From the NCBI GenBank assembly GCA_048213135.1, contig PS015078.1, forward strand, positions 137,599 to 174,316: a DNA stretch of 36,718 nucleotides, read 5' to 3'. The notes below the pieces were generated by a model. That model saw only the letters and a program-made list of their open reading frames with translations, was not told the DNA's origin and searched no databases. The position numbers and the translations under genes are program-made. Positions 12,381 to 23,625 of the stretch are shown in pieces. The stretch's first letter is position 1. Every line of letters begins with the position of its first letter. Source of the stretch: Reclinomonas americana ATCC 50394. Taxonomy: Eukaryota.

Positions 12381-15138
12381 ATGGTGGTCGCGCCACGAGC
12401 GGCGCACAGAGCCGGTTTGCCCATCTTCATCATCGCAGTGATGGTGGTGATGATGATGGTGGTTGTGCTGGCGACTGTGGTTGCGGGCAGTCGAACGAGT
12501 GAGCAAGCGGGACAAACACCGCTGCTGGTGGAGCTCGACGCCGATGTGGAGCCGCGGTCTGTGGCTGCTGACACGGGTCGAGTTGACGAGGTGCTCTTGG
12601 CCAGTGCGTCCACGAGCGGTGGCGGCAACGGGACAGTGGCAAGAGACGTGATCAACACCAATGCGACGCAGATCTCCAGGTGCGCAGCGCTGCGAGAGGA
12701 GCCGTCCTCTGCGGGTTTGTGAGACTGATTGTATGTGTGTGCGTGTGTTTGCGTGTGCCTCTGTAGCTGGGTGCGCAAGCTGCCGCGCTTCGACTTTCGG
12801 CTGAAGCCAGTGACGAATGAGTTCTCCACCGACAACCCGGCGTACTGGCAGGGCGTTGCAGTGTGGACGGGATTCGCCTTGATCGTTGTGATTGGCTTTG
12901 TCGGTGCGTGTGGGGACGGAGAGCGAGAGGAAGGAGGAGTGAGCTGCAGCAGTCTTGTTTCTACAATTCTTTGTCGTTCTCGAGCGCCTGCTTGATTGAA
13001 TCCACCTTTGCTGCGACGGAGCTGGCTACTCACCTGTCGATGCGCAGTCGCTCTGCTGTGGACGTGCGGTGCTCGTGTGTGCAAGTGCTGTCCAAATTGC
13101 TGCGGCGGTGTACTGCCACGGGAGAACTTTTGTTGTTGCGGAGGCGGCTATCGTTTCCGCAAATATGGCAGATGCGAGCGCAACTTTCCCTGCGCACTGC
13201 TGCTGCCGCTGTCCATCACGATTATTGCCATGGCGGCACTTGGTATTGCGTACAGCCGGCGACTGCACGACAGCGTCGGGAACTCGTCGGCCACGGTCGC
13301 CGGAGTGGGCGACACGGCGTCGCAGCGTGGTGAGTGTTGGAGATTCGAGTTTATGCGAAGCTCCTACACCTCATGCTGATGCGCTCCTTGTGTCCGCGAC
13401 GCAGTCGTTACTGTCACCAACGCACTCTTTGGTGTCATGCCGCAAATGTCGACGAGCGATAGCCAGACGCTCTCCGATGCGAAGCAGACGGTCAACAACT
13501 GGAAAGTGAGGACACTGTTGTGTGTCTTGTTGCTGCTTCTGATCTTGTACTCATGGGGATGGTGGCGTGCTGCAGCTTGACATCTCCAAAGTCAACGATG
13601 CAATCGGCAAGTACGAGAATGTGCGCAACATTGCACTCATTGTGGTGGACAGCCTCTTGATTGGTGAGTCCCTCACAAGCCTTGTTATCTCGTGACAGGC
13701 ATCTCACGCGCCTCTGCCTTCTCTACAGTGTTCGGCATCATGGGCATCTGGTGTGTGATGTTCCGCGGGCCATCCATGCTGACATTGTTGAGTGCTTCTG
13801 TTGGTGTCTTCCTTTGCGCTTGTTCGGCTCACCGTGATCGGCAGCCTCGGATGGTGCACGTTCTTGGCGATTTTCCTGGCCTGGCCGCTGGCCGGAATCC
13901 ACTTTTCCGGCACCATGGTGGTGGCCGACGTGTGTGCAGAGGTATGATCAACCGACATTCATTTTTAACTTATCGCAGCCCTCATAATGCTGGTGGTGTA
14001 GGTGGACGATTACCTGGCCGCGCAAAAGGCGCTTCCGGTAACTGTGACCACAAAGAGCACCGCGACCACGCCTCCGGCCAACACGCGCACCGACACAATC
14101 GTGGCAAACACCATTGACAAGATCACCAACTGTCAGCAGGCGATTGATGTACGTCTAGTCACGGAGAGAAACCGAGAAAAGAGAAATGGTGTTAATTCTC
14201 ATGACTGGTTTTCGTACGCAGTCGGCGGTCAAGATCGATCCGGTTGTCGACTCGGCGTGGACGCAGCTGCTGACGTCGATGAATTCAGCACTCCGACCGT
14301 ACTCGGTGGTGGTGACGCAGACCAACTACACCAATGCGATGAATGCGATCAGCTCTCAGCAGTCCGGCAACTCGACGAGCAGCACACTGCAGCAGTCGAT
14401 GGCCGACGCCGCACGCCTCACGGCACTGTCCTCCGATTTGACCGCCATGAAGTCGTGTGCCTTTGTGCAGCGAGCGTTTGAGTCTGTGCGCAGCGACTTG
14501 TGCACCTCGGCTCTGTTGCGTCCTGCAATTGGGGGTGGCGTGGAAGGGTTGTCACTGACTGTGCGTGCGCTTGCAGAGTGGCCGTCAACGTCATGTGGGT
14601 TTCGTTCTTTGTCATTGCCAACTCGTGCGTGGCCGTGCTGATTCTCGCATTCGTCATGGCCAAGCGGCACAAGGTGAGGGCAAGAAAAGAGGGCGAAGAT
14701 GAGAAGAGAAAGATTACAGAACATTTCAGCTATTGGTGATGCACGAGAGAAGAGTTGTGCACATGTCGGCAGGTGGAGCGAATGCAATGGTCATTCTCAC
14801 TGCAACTCGTCCCGTGACGCGCAGGATTGGCAACTGTCTCCGTCGATGGCGGGACGAGACCGCAAGAAGAAGCGCCAGCGCATGTTTGGTGTGGACGACA
14901 CACCGTCGCTCGCAGACAATGATGTGGAGAAAGCGTACGAGCCTCGTCGCTCAGTCGACGAGGACGATGCAGATCGCCGATGGGTACGACTTCCTTCATG
15001 CAAGAAGATGGTATCACCGACCACTCACTCCTCATCGCGTCACAGTTCACAAGACCGTCGTCGAGAGAGCGCCGGCGTTCCTCCGAGCGTGATCGACGAG
15101 GCGCCGACGACGAGGATCACAGACGGAACCGCATCTGA
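12381..15138 (+). CDS. Tweety (TTYH)-family multi-pass membrane protein with an extra N-terminal signal/hydrophobic segment, ~12 exons
   Basis: SWVRKLPRFDFRLKPVTNEFSTDNPAYWQG + TM1 resembles the Tweety N-terminus (LPHFDLxFxxVxxxFxPxxxxYQQ). Cys-rich loop, TM2 (ALGIAYSRRLHDSV), YENVRNIALIVV before TM3, TM4 ending VADVCAEVDDYL, DLC before TM5, and a charged tail ending at TGA 15136-15138. Confidence 0.75.
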
Positions 15139-15372
15139 GGAAAAGCATGCCTGGACTCTCACCTTTTTTTCGTTCCGTTGCAGTTGGTGAGTGCAACGCG
15201 TCCCAGTTCCCCAGTCACAAGATCGCGAGGATCTCACGTGAACGCCTTGCGCAGCATACGAATACCCGTGCAAGTGCCACGACAATCAATATCTACCATT
15301 CGAGCCGCCTGCGGACGCCGCTGGCGTGCACCTCCAATATCCATTGTGAAGAATAGAGTTCTTGTGTATTCG

Positions 15373-15655
15373 TTACCGCGATGACATGCTCCCAGCACGA
15401 CTGAATGGCCATAGTCGGAACACCACCACACCCTGTACCATGCCCATGGGAAGGGGACCTGCACGCACACGCGTGGCGTCACACGACGGGCCATCAACTG
15501 CAAAAGCAAGCGACGGCACTCACCAACATGTCGCGAATCGTGTGCCACCCTGGCGTTGTCACCGAGCAAGTACACGTGGCCGCGAGGGACCATCACACCG
15601 TTGCATTCGTCGCCAGGCAAGCCAACTATTCTAGCCAGCGTCCAGTTCGGCCCCT
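15373..15655 (-). CDS. C-terminal exons of an S26 peptidase, mitochondrial inner-membrane protease IMP1/IMP2-like
   Basis: GPNWTLARIVGLPGDECNGVMVPRGHVYLLGDNARVAHDSRHVG|PLPMGMVQGVVVFRLWPFSRAG; intron 15523-15459; upstream exon(s) lie in the gap. Confidence 0.85.
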
Positions 15656-15689
15656 CTGCGCGCCGCGTGGAGTGAGTCGGGGAAGAGAG

Positions 15690-15730
<41 letters not shown>

Positions 15731-16465
15731 GGGGGGGGGGGACGGACGACGTACGTANNNNNNNNNNNNNNNNNNNNNNNNNNNNNNNNNNNNNNNNNNN
15801 NNNNNNNNNNNNNNNNNNNNNNNNNNNNNNNNNNNNNNNNNNNNNNNNNNNNNNNNNNNNNNNNNNNNNNNNNNNNNNNNNNNNNNNNNNNNNNNNNNNN
15901 NNNNNNNNNNNNNNNNNNNNNNNNNNNNNNNNNNNNNNNNNNNNNNNNNNNNNNNNNNNNNNNNNNNNNNNNNNNNNNNNNNNNNNNNNNNNNNNNNNNN
16001 NNNNNNNNNNNNNNNNNNNNNNNNNNNNNNNNNNNNNNNNNNNNNNNNNNNNNNNNNNNNNNNNNNNNNNNNNNNNNNNNNNNNNNNNNNNNNNNNNNNN
16101 NNNNNNNNNNNNNNNNNNNNNNNNNNNNNNNNNNNNNNNNNNNNNNNNNNNNNNNNNNNNNNNNNNNNNNNNNNNNNNNNNNNNNNNNNNNNNTACGCAA
16201 AAGATGTGCATGCAGCGATGAAACACGACAAATTTGACAACATTTTGACATGAACTTGACTCGACATGTACGTGCGCACACGGTGCACAGACAAAAGGGA
16301 TAGGGAGGTGAGACACACACACACAGAGAGAGAGAGAGAGAGTGGGAGAGCGAGAAGAGCACATCAGCATGTTCGAGATGTAGAAGAAATCGATATTGCA
16401 AAGGAAACGCGCAGGCGAAGACATGGTGTGGCGCGGAGCAGCATCATGCACCACCGACTACGTAC

Positions 16466-16545
16466 CGTGGCGCAGCAGTGCGTGCAACCGGAGCTTCATC
16501 GTCTTCCGGTTGCGAGTCCTTCAGTACGCGGCGGCGATTGGCCAT
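16466..16545 (-). CDS. First exon (MANRRRVLKDSQPEDDEAPVARTAAP-R) of the gene continuing at 19177, on an inverted contig
   Basis: ATG 16545; phase-2 donor gtacgt at 16465 is compatible with the phase-2 acceptor at 19176 on the + strand. Confidence 0.65.
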
Positions 16546-17060
16546 GATCGGTTCGAGATGGATGCAGGAGAAGCAACAAGCAAAGACAGGAGTGAGGTGA
16601 GGGTGGGGTGGTCTGCGCTCGCAGAGAAAGACAGAAAAGAGGTATGCGCAATTTCGCTTTTGCCGGACGTCCAATTGCCCACGTGACAGGTTTTGCCTCG
16701 TATTTCAGGGGTGGGGTAGGTCGCACGCGCACTATGTACGGTCGGAGGTATTCAATTGCTAATGACGGGTTCTGCCGCGTTCCCATTGCAATTCGATGAT
16801 ATCGATGCATGCAAACTCGAGACATCATATGATCGATATCATGTGCAGCCATAGGTCCCAAAAATCGAACACGAAGGACCGATGGCCACAATAAGCACAC
16901 CACCTTCTCGCCTACCCCCAGTGCGCAGGCCAGAAGACGGCGAGAGATCGAAAACGCGAAGAAAAAAATGCGTTCAACGCATGTACTCAATCATGCAAGC
17001 AAAGCCGACACACTCACACAGGCACGCAGCACTCACACGCACAAGAAGTGGGCCTCGCGC

Positions 17061-17682
17061 TCACTTCTCCTCACCAGTCGCAGCGCCCTCTGCAGCCTTG
17101 AGGTCCGTCCACTGCACACCGACCGACAAATGGTCAGAAACCGAGCACAATGTGAACAAAGACATGCACAGCGCACAGAGAGAGAGAGAGAGAGAAGAAG
17201 AAAAAGAAGAAGAGGAAGAAGAAGAAGAGGGAAGGAGGGAGAGAAAGAGATCGAAGCAACGAACGTCCACTCACCTTGACTTGAAACTCGAGTTCCGTGG
17301 ACCCATCCGCATCCCGCTCATGCTCAATCGCGAATGTCGACTGGCGCAGCGGCACAGCAACACGCTCACCATTCACCTGCAGCAGCATGCATGCATGACA
17401 ATGAGTGAGCATGCGTTGTGTAAAAATCACACTCACTCTATCTCACACACACAGAAAACGCACCTGAATGCGGAACACACCCTGCCCGTTCTCCACGGCA
17501 TCCGCTAGCCGACGCAGAGTCGACACAAAGTGCGTGCGACCGACTTTGCGCTCCACATCGCGCTCACTGCACAAACAAACAGCAATCAGCACACACACTC
17601 TCACGCACACACAATGCACAGACACACGATGCACTCACGCAGAGGAGAACGCGCGCTGTGCATAGGTAAACGCTCGCAACAT
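17061..17682 (-). CDS. Amphi-Trp domain protein (99 aa, 4 exons) with a putative mitochondrial presequence
   Basis: Exons 17682-17639, 17566-17464, 17376-17275 and 17111-17061 give MLRAFTYAQRAFSSAERDVERKVGRTHFVSTLRRLADAVENGQGVFRIQVNGERVAVPLRQSTFAIEHERDADGSTELEFQVKWTDLKAAEGAATGEEK. This matches the prokaryotic pattern RDVE...FVxxLRRLADALExG..F.IQ..GER..VP....F.IEHER.....E.EFQ.KW. Confidence 0.85.
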
Positions 17683-17747
17683 GATTCTGCGTTGTTGTTG
17701 TATGGCCGTGTAATTTCACATCACTCACTTGCTTCCTCACCGCGCAC
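17683..17747. promoter_or_regulatory. Ultra-short divergent intergenic region
   Basis: 65 bp between ATG 17682 (-) and ATG 17748 (+). Confidence 0.55.
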
Positions 17748-18247
17748 ATGCAAGTCGACAGACCTGTCTCTGGCAGTGCATCAGCAGCAGCACCACCACT
17801 GCGCCTAACAGTGGCCGATGTGAGCTTTGCAGGTGACGCAGCCACCTTGTACCAGTTGCTGTACAGTCTGGAGGATGATCCTCGCGCACGTGAGACACTA
17901 GAGAAGACGGTGAGAGGGAGAGAGAGAGAGAGAGAGTGTGTGTGTGTGTGTATGTGTTGCTTATCGACCCGTGACACCCCGTGCAGTACAGCGAGATCAA
18001 GGCGAAGATTACGCGATTCAAGGCCGCGATTCAAGAGCTCCCTGAGCTGTCGTTTATGGAGCAGAGGCAGCAGCATGAGGCCAAGCGGAGGCAACTGGAG
18101 GAGAAGCTGTTGCGCGCACGTGCATGTGTGTGATGGATTGCGACGCTCACTGTCACTTGTATACACAGAGCGCTCATTCGACAGCTGACCACTGGTGGCA
18201 TGCAGGTCGTGCAGCAGCTGCAGGATCTGAGTCCTGAGAAAGAATGA
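17748..18247 (+). CDS. Small helical protein, probable Mediator subunit Med9-like, 3 exons
   Basis: ...VSFAGDAATLYQLLYSLEDDPRARETLEKT|YSEIKAKITRFKAAIQELPELSFMEQRQQHEAKRRQLEEKL|ALIRQL...; the helix-LP-coiled-coil pattern resembles Med9 (recognised from memory only). Confidence 0.5.
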
Positions 18248-18322
18248 AACCTCGTCTTCGTTGTCTTGCTGTCACATCGTCCCACTTGTTTTGTTGACGG
18301 AAGAGAGAGCAAGGAGAGAGAG

Positions 18323-18427
18323 ATGATGAACTGGTGGGCGACACGTGTGCGTCCGCTGGTGGTCAGTGCTGCGGTCGCTGGTCTGGCGGCGTCGTTTGTG
18401 ACCAGTTCCATTGCGTTTCCCGTGTGG
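18323..18427 (+). CDS. Probable first exon of the IMP1/IMP2-like peptidase (hydrophobic anchor), on an inverted contig
   Basis: MMNWWATRVRPLVVSAAVAGLAASFVTSSIAFPVW followed by donor gtgcgt at 18428; resembles the segment preceding box B of IMP peptidases. Confidence 0.5.
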
Positions 18428-19176
18428 GTGCGTGCATTGTATGCATCTCTCTTCCTCGACTCTGGTCAACGTGTTCAGCAGCGTCGCTCTTGTTCTCTCC
18501 TTGGCGTATCTCACCCTCACTGTGCATTGCACTAGTTGTCTGTGCATTGCCACGTGATCGCATTCCTGTCGCACTTCCCTACTGGTGATGCTCCGTCCTT
18601 GCCTCCTCTGCATTGTCACGTGGTCTCACCTCACTCCTCTCATGCTCCGCCTTTGTCTCTCTCTCTCTCTCTCNNNNNNNNNNNNNNNNNNNNNNNNNNN
18701 NNNNNNNNNNNNNNNNNNNNNNNNNNNNNNNNNNNNNNNNNNNNNNNNNNNNNNNNNNNNNNNNNNNNNNNNNNNNNNNNNNNNNNNNNNNNNNNNNNNN
18801 NNNNNNNNNNNNNNNNNNNNNNNNNNNNNNNNNNNNNNNNNNNNNNNNNNNNNNNNNNNNNNNNNNNNNNNNNNNNNNNNNNNNNNNNNNNNNNNNNNNN
18901 NNNNNNNNNNNNNNNNNNNNNNNNNNNNNNNNNNNNNNNNNNNNNNNNNNNNNNNNNNNNNNNNNNNNNNNNNNNNNNNNNNNNNNNNNNNNNNNNNNNN
19001 NNNNNNNNNNNNNNNNNNNNNNNNNNNNNNNNNNNNNNNNNCGCTGCCTCCAGTGTGGTGCGTCTTGCTGTTGTGTCTCTCCCTGCTCCCTTCTCTCTCT
19101 CTCTCTCTCTCTACCATTAGGCACACATTGTCCTGTCCCTCACACACGCTCTCTCTCACTCGCACGCGCAATGCAG

Positions 19177-21527
19177 TCGCAGTACTCGCGATCGCACCCT
19201 CTCCGAGTCTGCTCCTCCTCGCCGCCGCCGCGACGATGATGGCGATGACGAAGACGAGGAGGATGAGGAGATGGAGGAACGAGAGGATGGCGAGGTGGTC
19301 GATGAGGATGACGAGTCTCTGTCGGGCTCTGAGGGCGATGGCGATGACGAGGATGAGGAGGATGAGGAGGANNNNNNNNNNNNNNNNNNNNCTCGGGGAG
19401 TGATGGAGATGGGCCCTACGAGGGCAAGGGTGATCCCTCGATACGCGTCTGGTTACCTGCAGCTGGTGTGTGCTCCAGATGCTATCGCGGTTGGCTTCTG
19501 CTGTTGTACGTTGCTTACAATCTCTTGCAGGTCGCCGTCGACCCGATTCTAGATCGAAGACACCGGTACCGCGACCACGCTCACGCTCCGGTTCGAGCTC
19601 AGAGGACGGCAAGTTGGCTTCAGCTGCAGCCCCAGTGCCTGAGCGGAAGCAGTCACTGCGCAAGCGTCTCACGGCTGGCGATTCGCGTGGTGGCAAGCAC
19701 TCGGAGAAGCCGGCCGCTCTTCCCAGTGTGCGACGAAGCGACCGGCTGCACCCGTCGAAAAACGAGGAGCACGACTCGGATGTCGAAGTCGTCAGCAGCG
19801 ACGCGGAGTCGGAAGTCATGAACATCGACAGCGACGCGGAGCCGGAGGTCCCCAACCTCTCCGACACGAACACGAACGACGTCGATACGAGCGGCGATGT
19901 GCATGGGCATGAGGATGACGACGATGACGACGAGGATGAGGGCGATGACGACGAGGTTGAGGGCGCGCAGTCGTGGAACGTAGTGTCGGCGCCGTCAGCC
20001 ACACACACTGTGAACCATGGACAGGGAGCTGCTTCCGGTTCGCAGCCACAGTCGCAGCCGCAGTGGTCGACACTGCCGATAGGCGGACATGCCATTCCAC
20101 CACCGTCGACACCTCTCACCGGGTTGTCGAGTCTGACAGCGTCGACTCCCCTGATGAGTGGGCCCTCGTGTCCGTCTCCAGCCCCAGCCGCTGGTGGCTT
20201 CCGACCGTCGTCGCCAGTCTCGGTGTTGGCTTCTGCCGCCGCACTCGTTGGCAGTGCCTCCACTGCAGCTGCATCCAGCCAGGCTTCGACGACGGCAACT
20301 GCTGCTGGTGGTGCTTCCCGCCGTCAGTTTCCCGCCGAATCGGCAGTGCCGATGGACGTTTCCAGCACACCAGCTCCGCCGCCGCTGCCACAAGTACCAC
20401 CACCGCCACCACCACCACCACCACCACCACCACCACCACCGTCGCCGTTGCCGTTGACTCCGGTGGCAACAGCAGGAGGGAGTCGTTTTAGCGACGATCA
20501 AGACGGCGCTCACCACGTTGCCACCGCCACTGCCGCAGGAGTCGTCGGGTTGCCCTCGTCGTTGCCGATCTCGCTAGCAGCAGCAGCAGCAGCAGCAGCG
20601 GCCGCCGCCGCCGCCGCGGGCACAACGACCACAGTGACCACGACTGCCTCCAGCTCCGCGTCCCGGAGCTCCCCCTCCCTTGTCGTGCTGGGGAAGCGTG
20701 GAGCCGATGATGCCGACGATGAGCAGCAGCCGCTGAAGCGGCAATGCACCGAGGCCGCGCGGCCGCAGTACATTCGTGTGCGAGTGGCCAAGGAGGAACA
20801 CCCCGAGTGGCTGCGCACAGGCCTCCCGCCGATGGCGGAGGTGAAGCGCAAGTGCCCTGACCATCACAAGGTGCCGGTTGCTAAGAACGGCAACGCGGGA
20901 GGACTGGCGTACGATCTCTGCGGTCTAACAGACGCCGAGCGCGGGAGTGCGACGGTGTTTGCGGTCAGCAAAAGCCGCGATTCCGACACCAGCTCCACTG
21001 TTTTCCTGGGCGATTCGGCACCGCTGTACGCCAGCGCTCTGCAACGCCTGGCCGCCACGGGTGACAAAATCACCATTGTGATTGCCAATCCGGATCCGCG
21101 TGGCTGGGATGGCAGCGACGAGCGCGTGCGTTGCGCCATGTCGCAGCAGAGATCGCTTGCAGGTCCGGAGCTGGCGCTTACGGAGGTGTACGAGATGGCC
21201 CGCAAGGACATTCCCAGCGAGTATGGCCACCGTGAGTCATTTTCTCCGACCAACTTGTCTTCTTCTCTCGTCTCACGCGCATTCTGACTATTTGCAGGCG
21301 CCGACGGCGCCGTGCGAGTGATGTCGTGTGTACATGACAGCGCTGCGCTGAGACTGTTGATTCAGTCGTACATGGCAACGTCGTCGCACACGGTGTGGCT
21401 CCATCGCCGCCGCAGCAGCCCCATCCTCCTGTTTTCTGGCTACGAAACCGTGGACGAGGTGATGGCCTGCGTCGAGCATGAGCTGCAGCGGGGCGAGTGC
21501 TGCGTTTACGTGTGCCCTCGTAAGTAG
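19177..21527 (+). CDS. Hypothetical nuclear protein: acidic tracts, poly-Pro/poly-Ala, bipartite NLS-like motif and an unrecognised globular C-terminal region (3' end uncertain, may extend to ~21915)
   Basis: Exon from 19177 (RSTRDRTLSESAPPRRRRDDDGDD...), long exon ~19531-21231 containing LGKRGADDADDEQQPLKRQC, intron ~21232-21297. Confidence 0.7.
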
Positions 21528-22144
21528 CGAGTTGCCGGTGTGCCAACAGAGATGATTAGTGAAAAATGAGACAGTGATTGACCGGGTCGGTGACGTCGAC
21601 AAGTCCCGCACTTGCATTGGACAGGACGATTTTGCTCACGCACTTTGCCCATTCGTTGCCAAATATGGCTCACGGCTGCGGCACTGTGTTGAAGAAAAAC
21701 ATCACTATCGCTGCTGCCTGGGTGTGGCGGTGTATGGGGATATGGGGCGGAACTCCCCAGTATCGACCTCGATCTTTCATGTTGTGTACACACTCACCAC
21801 AGCGCGCCGCGCAGAGTCTCGCATGTTGGTTTGTTGTTGGATCCAGGGACATTCACCGTGGCATTTTGTTTGTGGTGCATTCGGGAATGAATTCACCTCA
21901 GAAGGGCGCTTGTGAGCGGTGGCAGACACAAAGCATATTTTGGGTGTGTCTTGTGCACTGGTGCCCCTGACAACAGCGACATGGGCAGCACGACGAAGGG
22001 TAGGCAATTCGACGCCGATCGAAGGAATTCGTAAAATTCGCTTTTTTCAAGAGCCGAGCCTTTTTTCTTTCAATTATTCTTTTCTTTCTCTCGCAGCGAG
22101 CAAAGAGCACCCCTATCTGACATTAATTCGAACCCACCTCTCTC

Positions 22145-23191
22145 ATGACGAACTCTTCCCGTTCACCGTCCCAGAAGACAGCCGGCGCCAGTATTCAACA
22201 CGACGGCCCGTGCGGAGGTGAGCGACGGCCGGAGAGAGTGCGCAAGAGAGTGCGCATGTGTGTGAGTGTGAGAGTGTGTGTGAGTGTGATTACATCACTC
22301 TCTCTCGTGCATATAGCGTGCATGCACTGCTTCTTTGCCATTGCGCATGTACGGAAAATCGAAAGAGAGTCATTTCGCGCACAGAGAGGGCGAGAGAGAT
22401 AGGAACTCTTATTTTTCGCCATAGCCCACTATAGAGCACGTCCTCGGCCTGGCACACCCTTATCCGCGTGGGGCGAGCTTCCGTCGAATTGCCAAGTCTC
22501 GGAAAATTCATTGTCATGTAATTCGCAGATCCGGATCCGATTACGGCCTCTGCCTCTGACAACAACAGTGGACTGCGCGTGTCCGGCCACTTGGACGGTA
22601 CCATCAGGGCGATGTCTCGGGACCAAGTGCACCTGTGGACCATCGACATTGGCATCCACCCCTGCAACACCATCACATCGCTCGCCGTCGACGACAACGT
22701 CGGCGGGGTGCTCGTGGCAATCGGTACGGAGCATGGACTCGTGTACCTCGTACTGGTGGATAGCGCCAAAAACACCGTTCGGATCATCGCATGCGTTCAC
22801 GTGCGAGGCGGAAGCGCAGTCACAGCAGTTGCCGTCGGGGGCGATGTCGAGGCGTCCGCTGACCCGGATCCGGACGACCGCGACGAACCGGGACCGCTGT
22901 ACGTCCTCGCTGGCACCGCCAGCGGCGAGCTATGCGCATGGCGCCTCTGGTCTGGCCATGGGGATGACCGTGCAGATGCAGAGCCGGAGCTCGTCCACCA
23001 CAGCTCTGCGCATGAGCGAAACCCACGCGATGATTTCGATCCCGACGACCACGACAGCGTCAGCATCAACACGCTGGCAGTGGTCGGAGCAGGCGAAACA
23101 TTTATTTCGTTTCGCTATTCCAACGACGGCGTCAGCCATGGTCGCGTGTACACGTACATGGGCCCGGCCGTAATCGACCTCCCCGGCGACG
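22145..23191 (+). CDS. Hypothetical WD40-like beta-propeller fragment protein
   Basis: Exons 22145-22217, 22425-22472 and 22529-~23191 join in frame (second intron GC-AG). Repeats PITASASD..LRVSGHLDGTIRAM, TITSLAVD..LVAIGTEHGLVYLV and AVTAVAV..YVLAGTASGELCAW. Confidence 0.6.
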
Positions 23192-23502
23192 GTGCGTGAG
23201 TGGTTCGCGCGCGCGACGGCTGGTTTTGTTGTGTTTTAGCCTCGCTGCAGCCGTTCCCTAATTTTCTGCAGTGCAAAGATATAATTGTTGATTCGAAATG
23301 CTGTTGCCCCATGCCTCCCTTCGCCTTGGCGACGGAAATGGAAGACAAGGAGAGAGGGTCCAGTATTTCAATATCGGCCATGCTGGCTCGGTATCATACC
23401 TCACCTCTCCCGCAGCTACCGCGACACGCAGACGACGTCAAGTAATTGCACAAGGAAAATTCAATGACATGCTCACAATACAGCGGCCAGATGCACCAGC
23501 GA

Positions 23503-23539
<37 letters not shown>

Positions 23540-23625
23540 TGCTGCGTCCACAATCACCACAAGTGCTCCCACAAGCTCTCTCCAGTGTGAGAGTACAACT
23601 TGAGCAACTCGTGAACCATCTCGTG

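Noticed and set aside
16496-16990. 164-aa minus-strand ORF
   Set aside because: No recognisable domain or coding-like composition; it overlaps the promoter and first exon of the gene starting at 16545
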